From: Sphaerodactylus townsendi | Taxonomy: Eukaryota | DNA: 64,000 bases | Assembly: GCF_021028975.2 (NCBI RefSeq) | Contig: NC_059435.1 | Span: 54,560,001 to 54,624,000, forward strand | Direction: 5' to 3' | In this document: in pieces, positions 1 to 11,655 of the stretch | How positions within the stretch are numbered: position 1 is the stretch's first letter | Layout of the letters: each line of letters begins with the position of its first letter | The notes under the pieces: model-generated | The model's input: only the letters and a program-made list of their open reading frames with translations | Database searches by the model: none | Told to the model about the DNA's origin: nothing | Program-made: the position numbers and the translations under genes

Positions 1-217
1 TGATATTTAGTTGTTGTTCCCTGAAATGTACACTTAATGTGTACACAGATTGTAGGTAGAATTTTTTAAAGAATTGAATGCATTCACTATGTTGGATTCC
101 CATGCATATATATGAACAGCATCTAACAACCCCTAGCTAAGCTTAGTATTTAGGATTATTTCAGAAGCTTTTTATCGAATTTTTTTATTCAAGCTATTAC
201 CCCAAAGTCTACTAGAC

Positions 218-308
218 CAGGGGTCTGCAACCTGTGGCTCTCCAGATGTTCATGGACTACAATTCCCATCAGCCCCTGCCAGCATGGCCAATTGGTTGCA
301 GACCCCTG
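218..308. mobile_element. hAT-type MITE, internally deleted copy
   Basis: TIR caggggtctgcaacc / ggttgcagacccctg; perfect 8-bp TSD tactagac. Confidence 0.9.
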
Positions 309-1272
309 TACTAGACCATCCTTATAATCATTGCATACCACAATTAATATATTTGAAGTGACATGTTGTAATCTAATACAACCAAATGCAAAATGTGATT
401 TTATTAGCCACAAGGAGTTTTGTTTCTACAATTCTCTCCACAAGAAGATCAACCCTTCAATTACTTGAATTTACTCCGTGATGTTTCTCGAACAGACAGC
501 TCTCTGAAATTGGCTTCCGTATTACATGTCAACATTTAAACTGCCCGAGAGCATATTTCTGACCAAGTCAAAATGACCTGATGAAATAACTTGTACAATG
601 TAGGTTTCGCTATGGAAGTAGGCTCTAGTTCACGAAAACCAAGGTTAGAGTGAAAATTAATTGTTCTTTACTGCACTGTAAGATTCCTGTTTATTTCTAG
701 ATTTGAGTTCAGTAGCAACCTGAAGGATCAACAAGATTTTGGGATATGAACTTTCAAGAGCTAATGCTCCCTTTTTCTTTTCTTTTTTACTTAGAAATAA
801 ATAAAAGAATGCAATCAATGCAAACTAGGAAAGCACCTGTGTGAAATATAATTCACTTAAGGCTTTTCTACTTAGCCCATTCAACATGTGCTAATTTTAA
901 GTTGTCTCTGGAACAGGAATGGCTGACAGCTGGGAGAATAGGTTGACAAACGGACATGTCAGCCTTTGATCTTGTTCAACAGACAGAGCAAACCAGGAAA
1001 CAAGCCAAGCGAGCTCACATATCCCTCTCCAGTGGCTTTTAAGTTCTCATCTCTCATTCGTGAAGCAAACTCAACTGAGGAACTCTGAAGTTCCACCTGC
1101 AGATCTGTTCCCAGCCATTCTCATTCTTTGCGATTTCTACCAACCTGTAGATCTGCCCATGATAATTTTTAAAAGACTATCACTTGCCACCAAACGTATT
1201 TTGCTACCCCTACCAAATAGGCCTTTACCCAGCTGAGACAAAGTTTTTTTTTTTCAAATCTCTGACACCTAC

Positions 1273-1361
1273 CTGTTTTATACTATGCGTAATGAACCAC
1301 ACCATGAAGATTCTGGAACTCACTTGGACCCAAGTCACAAGCACAGAGGTGTGCACTAATC
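1273..1361 (-). CDS. HACD1: HACD1 exon 4 (89 nt); gene continues beyond the window's left edge
   Basis: Minus strand reads (G)[29 protein letters not shown] between ttttaAG and GTaggt; matches HACD1 [29 protein letters not shown]. Confidence 0.95.
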
Positions 1362-1440
1362 CTTAAAAAGAGAAATAGGTCATCTTTGTCCCATAGGCAG
1401 GACTGGGCTAGTTAATTGAGAACCCGAAACAAAGACTCAC

Positions 1441-1459
1441 CAACTGCACAGTGGATTAT
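1441..1459 (-). CDS. HACD1: HACD1 exon 3, 19-nt micro-exon (IIHCAV-G)
   Basis: cacAG|ATAATCCACTGTGCAGTTG|GTgagt; keeps frame between exons 2 and 4; matches IVHCLIG. Confidence 0.92.
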
Positions 1460-2009
1460 CTGTGAATTTAAAAAGAGACAGAGAGAATTACAAGACAATT
1501 TATTTAAAACCATTTCACGGAACTACAAAGAAAGGCATTGCTGATCTTAAATTCTCATCCTGGTCCTTGCTACTTTCCAAAGATTTTCTCATGGATGGCA
1601 AAAACCCAAGCATCCATTGCCTTTCCTTCTCTTAAGTTGCATGCAAACAAAGAAACATGAGTAGAATAAATCTCCCTAATGTTTACATAAGAAAAAGTTA
1701 AAATCATGAACAAAGAAAGTTTAATTTGGAGGTGCGATCAATGAAAATCAAAAAGGAATAAAAGCAGCTAGAATGATTTTAGGGGTTTCATAAAGAGCAA
1801 ATAAAGATGGCCACGCAGAACTGCACGAGTGGGTAAATTACCGCACTTATTCTCATTGAAAGATGACAGGAGAGTTGTGAATTTCCTGGCCCTTCTTTGT
1901 TCTAACATGCTTTGCTTGGGTTCTAGTACATTAGGGAGAGAACTAAGTAAGAACTAGGATCCAACCAGAGCATTCTAGAACCAAGAAGGGCCAGGATATG
2001 GTGGACTTA

Positions 2010-2293
2010 GAAGAAGAGGAGGAGGCAGCGGCGGCGCTCGGATTTATATCCCACCTTTCTGTCCTGTGAGACTCAAGGTGGCTTACAAGCTCCTTTCCCT
2101 TCCTCTGCCTTGTGAGGTAGGTGGGGCTCAGAGAGTTCCGAAGAACTGTGGCTAGCCCGAGATCACCCAGCAGGAATGTAGGAGTGTGGAAACACATCTG
2201 GTTCACTAGATAAGCCACTCAAGTGGAAGAGTGGGGAATCAAACCCAGTTCTCCAGATTAGAATCCACCCGCGGTTAACCACTACACTACACT
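2010..2293 (-). mobile_element. tRNA-derived squamate SINE (Squam3-like)
   Basis: Reverse complement of the SINE at 13013 and 15637, with head, ctctcagccccacctacctcaca core and (ctt)n tail. Confidence 0.8.
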
Positions 2294-2806
2294 GGCTCTC
2301 AGTCCGATTGATGCCATAAGCACAGTCCAACCTTGGTGCCCCAGCCCTTCCATTTGCAAGATTCATAATTCAATTTACTTGCAGGTTAATCTGACCAGAT
2401 GTCACAATTTATAGCCACAATATAGCATGTTTTTATTTCATTTATTTAACACTTTATAGCAAAAAGCAATTTATTTGCTTATAACTACGGTTGGGCAGTA
2501 GAAAAATGCAATTTTTCAATAATTTATATTTTAAATTGCGATATGAGAACAATGCAAATATAAATGTTAAAACTTATCATTTGAAATGTTTCAAATTAGA
2601 ACGTTTTTCCGAACCTTGTGAAACAAAACTTGTAGCCTGCAATGTACTGCTTTTCCTCACAGGGCACAGATAGGCAGACACACAAATATACACATATCAA
2701 CAACTATTTCACATATAAACCATATTTTATTCCATTATTTTCTAAAACCTTAAAGATACATAGCATTTTAACATTCATGGATGAAAAGATAATTGTTAAC
2801 TGTACT

Positions 2807-3053
2807 CTAAAAGTTTTTTTCTACTTTAATTGTAAAGTCTCTTATCAAGTCCTCAAAATTAATCTGGTGTAACAAATCTGTTTCTATGCTAAGCGGAGTC
2901 AAGGCAGGGCCGGAGCAAGGGGGAACTGCACCCGGGGCACACATGTGCCCTGCGTCCCTGCCATGCCCCCGCACCCCCGGAGCGTCGCACACCCCCGTGC
3001 ACCCCTTTGGAGCTACGCCACTGAGTCAAGGCATCGAGTCTGTCTTGCTATTC
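2807..3053 (-). mobile_element. hAT transposase C-terminal remnant interrupted by a MITE
   Basis: Removing 2905-3023 and one TSD gives QDRLDALTPLSIETDLLHQINFEDLIRDF, typical of hAT dimerisation-domain C-termini. Confidence 0.7.
2905..3023. mobile_element. GC-rich hAT-type MITE (gctacgccactg end)
   Basis: Perfect 8-bp TSD agtcaagg. Confidence 0.85.
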
Positions 3054-3798
3054 TGGTGACACTAAGGCCCCTTCTACACATGCAGAATAGTGCACTTTCA
3101 ATCCACTTTCAATGCACTTTACAGATGGATTTTACTGTATGGAATAGCAAAATCCACTTTATCAGCTTTTTAATGGCTTGCTCCTGTTTTGCAGACAGTT
3201 TTTATGCTGCTTATGTTTAATAGCTTTTTTAAACTGTATTTTATTGGAAGCCACCTTGACATGACTCTGAAGAGGCACTGTAGAAATATACTAAATAAAT
3301 AAATACCATCCACCTCTACCACAATACCAGAACCTTGCAGCCACTCAACAAACCATATTGCCAAGGGAAATGGGGGGGGGGGAGGTGTCACAGCTATGGA
3401 AATGATGTCAAAATCACTGCAGAGAACCATAGTCCAGGTACTGGTCACCAAACAAAAAAAAATAATGTGACCTATGTCCCTTAGCATGCTGGAATAGATA
3501 TCTTACAATATGCTTCTTGTGGGCAGCGGGGTACGAGTGTGTAAATCAAGTCTTTAATAATTTTTATGTGGAGGCATGAATTCTTCTGTAGACCTCAGCA
3601 GCTTAAAAAACTGTAAAACGTTTTAAGTGAAAATTAATGTTTTCAAAATTTTAATATTTAGATCACCCCAATGCAGAACAATAGCTCTTAAAAGCAGGAA
3701 CAAAGATGTTAAAATGGGCATAGATCAAATCTGTGGCTAGGCACTTCAAAAGAAAAAGCCATTTTCAGGGGTTTCCCCTCTACTCCTTTCCCACTCAT

Positions 3799-4118
3799 CA
3801 GAGACTACCAGGGGTAAATGGCACCCAGAGACAAATTGTCTCCAGGATGCCCCGCAGGCTCTGCCCACAGGCTCTGTCCCCCTCCACCCCCCGCCGGCAC
3901 CGTCCCCCACTGCCCTCGACTCCGTCCTTGTCACCATGGACATGGGCAAGGTCTAGGGTGCCCCCTGCCCCCCCAGAATGCCTCAAGGCACACGAAAACA
4001 AGAGCCAGCAGGACTTCCTGGTCACGTGGGGGGGGCGATTTTGTGCCCCCCCACATGACCAGAAGAATGGCGCCCAGAAACAAGGGGTACCCCTTGTCCC
4101 TAGGCAGATACGCCACTG
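3799..4118. mobile_element. GC-rich hAT-type non-autonomous element
   Basis: Ends in atacgccactg; perfect 8-bp TSD ccactcat. Confidence 0.8.
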
Positions 4119-4647
4119 CCACTCATAGTGAGAATCATTCCTGAACAAACTAAGACTGTTCTCTGAAACATTCCCCTAAGAGAAAAAACAGTCCCATGCA
4201 AAGGTGGGGGGAAAGGGGCTCAAGAGAGTGGTGCATCCTTGTGCTGGCATATGTGCCCTCCCTGGGGTACTTACCCTGGAGGTATGGGCCGACATGCCAG
4301 TGGCTGCCAATCCCGAAGCCCCGCTGCTGCAGAACCCAGGGTGTTCCCAGGGGCACAGCCAACATTAGTTCCTCCTAGGGTTGAGGGTTGGCAGCATGGC
4401 GCTCTGGCTCTCAGAGTTACGCCCACCCTTTTGGTTGCCTATGTCCTGTGAGCTCTACGGGGTTTTTTGGCGATGGAATGGTTTGGGGCCTTCACCAAGC
4501 TTTCCACACCACTGGAAAGCTTTCTTGGAGGCAGCGGGCTGGTGCCACATCCCACCGCTGGATGGGGCTATTAGATAATTACATGCCTATTAGCCCTTGG
4601 TTAAACTATTTACCTAGGCAAAAAAGTTTTGTCGCTTAAAAACTTAC

Positions 4648-4765
4648 CTCAAGCAGAGCAAAAGTCTGGAAAAATTTAAGTATCTTTTGAATGCTTTTGT
4701 ATAAGCCTTTGTGTGTTCCATTCTCTAGGTAAAAACGGGCCATAGCCATGGCCAGCACCAGCCAC
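4648..4765 (-). CDS. HACD1: HACD1 exon 2 (118 nt)
   Basis: cccAG|[40 protein letters not shown]|GTaagt. Confidence 0.96.
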
Positions 4766-5383
4766 CTGGGAACAGAGAAGAAAATGAACGTCCTCAAATT
4801 AACATACACAGGTATGATTTGCTCAGTTAATTATTTAAGACACATACTTCATGTCAGTTGTGACCCCAATTCTCAGAAGGGAGAAAGGTGACCCTTACCA
4901 AATATAACAGAACTTATATTAAAAAGAACTGGGCCCACCCACAGAAGGCTTTGTGGCAGGAAATATCATATATCTAACTAAAATTAAGAAAATGCTTGAG
5001 AAGCTTACTGGCCATGCCACTTATATAAATCCTCAAAGATACACCTTTTCTGAAAACTCACCTTTGGGTCAAATGTCACTTGATGTGATATTTTTATGTA
5101 TTTATTTGTTAATTGATTCATAGACCACAACAGGCCCAGAGTGGCTTACAATCAGTACGTAACATCAGCCAATTCTGCACAGGCCAACAAACACGGATGA
5201 AGGATGCTATAAAATCTGTTGGGGGAGGGACTTCGCACAGGTTCTGCCCCCAAAATGAGTCTATTTCCCCAACCTGTTTTTTAAAAATAGCTATACTTGC
5301 GATTCTTTTGAAAAATCCCGGGTTGGATCTGCCATCGAGTGAACAGCCAGGAAGGTGCTTTATTTCCCTCTCTTCCACCACGC

Positions 5384-5530
5384 CAGGGGTGTCAAACTTG
5401 CGGCCCTCCAGATGTTCATGAACTACAATTCCCTTCAGTCCCTCCCAACATGAGCATTGGCTATACTGGCAAGGGCTGATGGGAATTGTAGTTCATGAAC
5501 ATCTGGAGGGCCGCAAGTTTGACACCTGTG
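5384..5530. mobile_element. hAT-type palindromic MITE
   Basis: Near-perfect hairpin with actacaattccc/gggaattgtagt core; TSD caccacgc/caccacac. Confidence 0.85.
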
Positions 5531-6649
5531 CACCACACCATCACAGCAGGGAGAATCCGCCTGCCGCTGTCCTGTCATTGCAGGGAGGCCCCTTTTCCTT
5601 TTTTAAAATTTTGCAAGTTGCATCTGCATAGCTACGCAGGTGCAGCCAGTTGTATTGTATTAGACAACAAAAAAAATCAGTTTCTCATAATTAGACAAAT
5701 CTGACCTACTGGATAGACTCACTTTGGGGGCAGGACCTACTGGAGGCATTTATTTCTCTTCATTCAGACAATACTTCATGTCAGCCAACCATAGTGTCTG
5801 ATGTTACTCTGTGACAAAATTATTATGGATTTCTTAGACTACTTTTGAACTGCAAAGTTGGATATACACCATTTGCTATGTTAGCAATGAATGGCACAGC
5901 ACTGTATCGTTGATTTTTGATTGCTGGTATTATCATAGCTTTGTATGTGAAATGGAATTTCTATTGTTTGTATCATTGCAACACACCTGTTCGTTATAAA
6001 TTGCATCAATGTTGTTTAGCTGGGTTATAGTTTCTTCCCCCCCCCTTTCTGTTATGGTATATTCTACAGGACTGCCACTGTTATTTATTTTATATATTCC
6101 TTGCTTTATCAGAAGAGAAACTGTGATGAACCCGTCATCATCAGACAGTTTGTTATTCCATTTTAAAAGGGCAAAATTCAATTTTGGCACCTAGAAAATG
6201 TCGCCATGACACTGCAGCTGTTCCTCCCTCCTTCTCCATGCGTTGTCCAGTCAACCTGCAGATACCTGTAAATACTTTGGAAGGAACTGATCAGGGTGTT
6301 TTCCAGTTCCTGATATGCTCTATAACATTTTAATATGTATAATGGATGGAGAAATTCTTCCCAGGGGATGGGGAAACCTGTTGGATTTTCTTCCTTATAA
6401 GATTCCTCCTGCAATTGAAAATCTGTCAGTGCTTTGCTTTTGTGGGATAACTATCGACCACAGCGTGTGCTGTTTAAAAGCCATCAAGGTATCCTCTCAC
6501 AGTCCCTATTCTGTACATTCCACTGTAAAAGTTCAATCTCTGGACCCAAAAAAGATCTCGCTTTTCCTCCCTTCTCCATCCATTGAAAACTGTCCCCTGG
6601 AGGAGATTTTAGGGCTACTTCACACACTTCTGCATGTCACCTCATGCGC

Positions 6650-7900
6650 AGATAACCACAGGTGCGCACATGTGTACTCAGCCGTGCATCCAACTGCTGC
6701 AAGCGCTTTTCCCTGGAGGAACATACGGAGGGTGATTCATTCTCATCGGGCCTTCTACGGACGGAGGACGGCCTCTCCGCTCTCAGCCCCCCCCCCCCCC
6801 CGTCACTCAGGTTACCTTGGCCAGCCCAAGCGCTCCAATGGCAAAGCAGCCTGCCCCGAAGGAAGCATGTCCAGAAAATGTAAGGGACCCCGGAGGCGAA
6901 CTCAGGGAGCGCGCGAGTGCCTTGGGCGGCCTTCGCAGTAAATTATGCCTAGGGAAGCAGTCTGCCCCCATTCTCCCCGCCCGGCATTCCTGGCTTGGGC
7001 TATACTTAACCTCGCTGGCGGGCTGCAGGGATGACGTCCTCGCTTTGCTGGAAGGCTTGCACCGTATTAGGCAATGCAAGCCAGCGACGGCGAGCCCCCA
7101 CGCGCCCTTCCCCGAGACCAGATGCAGCCAGCGTCAGGCTAGCGGGACTTGCGTGGGGACAGGTTCCTGGGGGCTCGCCCTGCCTGCTCCGGGAAAGAGT
7201 GGGTTGCAACCCGGGGAGGAGTGGGTTGCATCCCGGGACCACTGGCGGCCGGCGCGAGAAGCGTGCATGAGGCACTCCCTCACTCACCCCGCGGTCATTG
7301 CGATGTTGTAGAAGATGAGCCAGGCTGTGGCCACCGCGCCGCGACGCCGGGGCGCCTTCTTTTTGGTTTCCTTCTCTTCCACCGAGCCGTCCTCCTCGCT
7401 GGACGCCATGGGTTCCCTCGCCGAGACCAGGCGGAGATAGACGAGGGCGCGCGAGGGGAGAGAGGAGGAGGAGGAGGGCGCCGCGCAGACAGCTGGAGCT
7501 GACTCTGGCGCTCGCCCCATCTGTCTTCGCGGGGCCGGAGGGCGGCTGTTCCCAGGCAGCTGCTCATATGCTGCGCTGGCCCGCCCCGCCTCCCTCTCGG
7601 GGGCGGCTCAAGGCATCGCGCCATCCCCTCGTGCCAGTCTTAGAGGCCGGCTCAGGGTCAGCGGCACGAGGGCGACGCGCTCCGCCTGCGCGGTTCCCCT
7701 GGGTCGCAAGGCGGACTGCAAAGGCAGCCCTTTTGCAGAAGGAGCCCGGACAGGCAGCTCCTGTGCAAAGACCCCCACTTGCCTTCTCGGAGTAAGGCAC
7801 CAGGCAGCAGCTGTTCCCTCTGCAGCCCGCTTCGGAGATGCGCGGCTACAAAGGCGAGGTACAGCGGGCCTTCTGGCGCCCCAAGTGGCGGCTTGGATCA
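6650..7900. promoter_or_regulatory. CpG island / HACD1 promoter with GC box and CAGCTG E-boxes
   Basis: Markedly GC- and CpG-rich against an AT-rich background; ggcccgcccc near 7578; CAGCTG at 7490, 7557 and 7808. Confidence 0.8.
7288..7520 (-). CDS. HACD1: HACD1 exon 1 coding part (3-hydroxyacyl-CoA dehydratase 1); second in-frame ATG at 7409
   Basis: ORF MGRAPE...MASSEEDG...RRRGAVATAWLIFYNIAMTAG followed by a GTgagt donor; lies in a CpG island. Confidence 0.93.
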
Positions 7901-10900
7901 CTTGGGGGACCAGAGGTGCCCTGCCTCCTCATGCCTCCTGCCACTTGTGACTCAAAGAGCCCTTATGTTCTCTGCCTCTCGAGTGGCGCTCTCCGTGGTA
8001 TTACCTCCAACACTAGGCTCCAGATAGTGCTCTGGAAACATGCCATAATGCAGTGGTATTCACTCCACGCTCTCAAAAAACCACATTCACAATTAGGAAA
8101 CAAATGCGCCCTGCGTTGCAACTGAGTTATGGGTGGTTCCTGCACAGCATGCTAATAACTTGTGTAACACATTAGTAATGAACCTGGCCTCTCCCTTTTG
8201 CCTTCACACTGGAGATTTCATCCCTCCAAGAAGTGATTGCAAACAGTCCAGGTTACTGCGGTTCCATTAGTTTCTCTGAAAACATGGCTACTTTAGCAAT
8301 TTTTGTAAAACCTGTGTTGAGGAAAATATAATGTGCCGCCGCCAAACCTTTTGGGGGAAGAGCCCTGTGCAAAGGTCTTCCCTAAAATGGGATGAATAGC
8401 TTCCTCAGCCACTTATATTTGGGCTGTGCGGAAATCACCATGGTGACCTCAGCTCTTCACTACTAGCAAGCAAAAGAGCCACATGACTTCAGTATGCCCT
8501 GTAGGCCATCCCATCAAGGCCACACATTCCATAATATAAGGTATAACTATTAGTATTGCATTAATGATCACATTTTAATTACTGGAGTACCTGTCAGCAT
8601 GTAAGCTGGTTTCCCCCCACCACTGTTGAAAGCCAGTCATTGTGTGCCTGGAGGGAGGAAAAGGCCCTGTGTCCTCTCCAACAACCATACCCCCACAATT
8701 CACACCCTTTCTCTGTAGCCTCTATGCTCTCATTCCAGCACCAAGGCAACTCCTGGGAATAAGGAAAGCTAACTGAAGGGAAGAAAGTGAAACAACCACA
8801 TCAGCCACCANNNNNNNNNNNNNNNNNNNNNNNNNNNNNNNNNNNNNNNNNNNNNNNNNNNNNNNNNNNNNNNNNNNNNNNNNNNNNNNNNNNNNNNNNN
8901 NNNNNNNNNNNNNNNNNNNNNNNNNNNNNNNNNNNNNNNNNNNNNNNNNNNNNNNNNNNNNNNNNNNNNNNNNNNNNNNNNNNNNNNNNNNNNNNNNNNN
9001 NNNNNNNNNNNNNNNNNNNNNNNNNNNNNNNNNNNNNNNNNNNNNNNNTCTGTGGTCAGCTGATCCTCCTCTGGGCATCTCAGCAAGTCTGTTAACCAAC
9101 CTTGTGCTGAAGAGAGAGAAGAAAGCCATTTACTTTTATTTCTGGAATGAGGCCCACTGTCCCACAAACTGCAGCTGTTTTCAGCTGAGAACCACCTGCC
9201 AACCTCAATCCCACCAAATAATGCCCTTAATCATCTCCCTGGAACATGGGAAGATGTAGTCTTACAGCAACGGAGACAGCATGTCGTTTCGGCAGGTGAG
9301 AGATGCAGGGGACAACTCTGCCATCCCGTTTCTCCCCAAGCCCTTTTATTGACAGTTTACAAGAGGAAAAACAAACAAGTCAGGCAGGGGTTTGCAGCAC
9401 CTGGATACAAGACAATGAACAGGGCAAAAGGGCGCAGGGGAATTTGGCAATTGCATGTACACATTGGAGTCAGGAGGTCTTGCAACCTCAGCGGTTTCTC
9501 CGAAACCACATTTTGGAAGGTGAGGTCAGTCGGGGGAGTGTGAGAGACCCTTTTCCAGGGATGTGCCCCCATACTCGAGCGTCTCCCAGGCACTCCAACA
9601 GGAAGAGTGACTTATTGGGGAAGAACATCCCCAGATAGCATGTCAAAGAGCCACACTCACTGCTGTTATATATGGAAACAAACATTTATAGCAGGGAGTC
9701 AGTGAAGTGCAGTGGCTAAAGTGTTCAACAAAGATCTTGGACCAGCAGATTAAAGTCCCCAATCTGCCATGGAAACTGGCTGAGTGACGTTGGGCCAGTC
9801 ACACACTCTCAGCCTACTCTACCTCACAGGATTGTAAGGATAAATGAAGAACAGGAGAATGGGTCCCCATTCAGAGCCAGTGTATAAATATGGTTGCTTA
9901 ACTACATCTGCTAAATACATTTCCAAGTAGTAGTAGATTTGAATGAGTTCAGGTTTAGTTCAGGAAGATTCTTTTTTTTTTCTGCAATGTTTTGGACATA
10001 TCCACATGCTAGGGAAGAGCCACTCCCCAGGGAATAGTTTCATTGTCAAACTGCTCTTATCACTAGGGAGTTTCCTGCAACACACCAGCAAGCAGTAAAA
10101 TGGGTTGCCTGGTCCCACAACTTTATCATAATAGCTTTGCATGTCGTTGATGGTAAAGTGCACATTTTTGAAGTTTCACCCTACATTGATGTAGTTTCCT
10201 GCCTCACATCCCACCCCCGGCTGCCAATTTCCCCTACCCCACAGGAAAACTGTACTTCTCTTTGCAACAAGTGCCACTTAAAAAAAAAAGAGCTGAGAAT
10301 TCAGAGGGTCTGGTAGACTGTAGCAATATATCATTACAACCATATCATTGCTTTAGCACTTTCTGATTTTTAAAAAATCCTTAGTTTAAAAGCTCCCTGG
10401 TGTTGTGTGTGGGCAAGGAAAGTGCTTTGTGTGTGCTTCCCAGCACCAACCACTGCAAATGTCTGTTTGCAGTAAGCACAACAGGAGCTACATGAAGAAC
10501 CAAAACCATGTGGACACAGCAACCTTCGTCTAATCCTCAACCGTTTCGATATGGCCAACCAAATGCCACAAGAAGGCTTACAAGCAGGTCATGAGGACAG
10601 CCGCTTTATCATGTTGAACTTCCCAGCATCCATTTAAACATTCCGCCTCTGAAAGCTTTGCAGGTATTACCCAAGGGAAGGTCTTGTAAAAGTGGCTGAG
10701 CGGGACGTGAACACGTGAACACCCACACTCTTTACAGGAACTAGTTTTGGCATTGCTGCTAGAATAGCTAAACAGACTTTGTATGACAGCCTGACGTGTA
10801 CTAAGGCTCTGTCAGCACCAGAAATTCTTGCTCTTTGGAGACTCTAATCAGGTGACTTCTCCGGTGAGGAATAGGTGCCCACAACGTGCCTGAAGGGGCT

Positions 10901-10929
10901 TTACCCTATAACAACGCAGAGAGAAAAGT

Positions 10930-11470
10930 CCTGTGAAGAGACGACGCCATGGAAATGTAAATTAGGTGCGGGATTGAAAAAAAAATATTCCCTGGTCGAA
11001 ACTACAGAGAACAACATCTGTTATCAGGCAGCACGCTGGACGCCTTTCTCTTCCCCCACCATGCACTGCGAGGCCGGCTCCGATGAGGAGGCTGAGACGG
11101 AGAGAGAGAGGGGCGGAGCCTAAGCCGCCGAGGGGCCTTTTGCGCAGTCGCTGAGCTGAGGAGTTTGTTGCTGTTTGTTTCCCCCAGAGGGGCCCGGAGG
11201 GGAGGGTGACGCCTCCCGACTCTCCTGCTTCCGCTGCCCGGAAAGATGCCGCTCTTCACCACCAACCCCTTCGACCAGGATGTGGGTGAGTCTCAGGCTG
11301 GTCCAGCCAGGGCTCCCTCCGGGCCCCACCCGGTGCCTCCTCGGCTTCCCCAACGCATCGATCTGTCCCTTCCCCAGGCTGCCCCCCCTTTCATGACTGG
11401 CCCCCTCTCCCCTCCCTCCACATTCAGGGCAGGGATGGTCTTTGTCCCTTCGCTCTCCCTCCCATGGGTC
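10930..11470. promoter_or_regulatory. CpG island / STAM promoter and 5'UTR
   Basis: CpG-rich; gggcggagcc (Sp/KLF-like) 11111-11120, cgccat (YY1-like) 10945, ccggaa (ETS-like) just before the ATG. Confidence 0.75.
11246..11285 (+). CDS. STAM: STAM exon 1 (MPLFTTNPFDQDV)
   Basis: Matches the STAM N-terminus; G|GTgagt donor. Confidence 0.96.
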
Positions 11471-11505
11471 CTGCTGAACGAAACTGGTTATGTGTGTTAA
11501 TTGTT

Positions 11506-11655
11506 TGCATTTCTTATTGTGTACTTTCTTGGGCCACCTTATTTCTTCCCAGCTGATATTAGGGCTTTTATTTTCATATTTTGCGCATTTATTATTGTTT
11601 ACTTTCTTGGGCCACTTTATCTCCTTCCCAGCTGATATTAGGACTTTTATTTTCC
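11506..11655. repeat. Imperfect tandem duplication, period about 78 bp
   Basis: tactttcttgggccac..ttcccagctgatattagg..ttttattttc occurs twice. Confidence 0.85.

Noticed and set aside
5933-6414. Two adjacent minus-strand ORFs in HACD1 intron 1 that could suggest a retrocopy
   Set aside because: No recognisable protein family, poly(A) tail or TSD
6315-8145. Many overlapping ORFs of 60-208 aa on both strands
   Set aside because: By-product of the GC-rich CpG island; only 7288-7520 (-) has recognisable homology
8722-9167. ORFs spanning N runs (also near 29552-30145 and 46165-46622)
   Set aside because: Assembly-gap artefacts, apart from the true STAM exon 9 at 30027-30115
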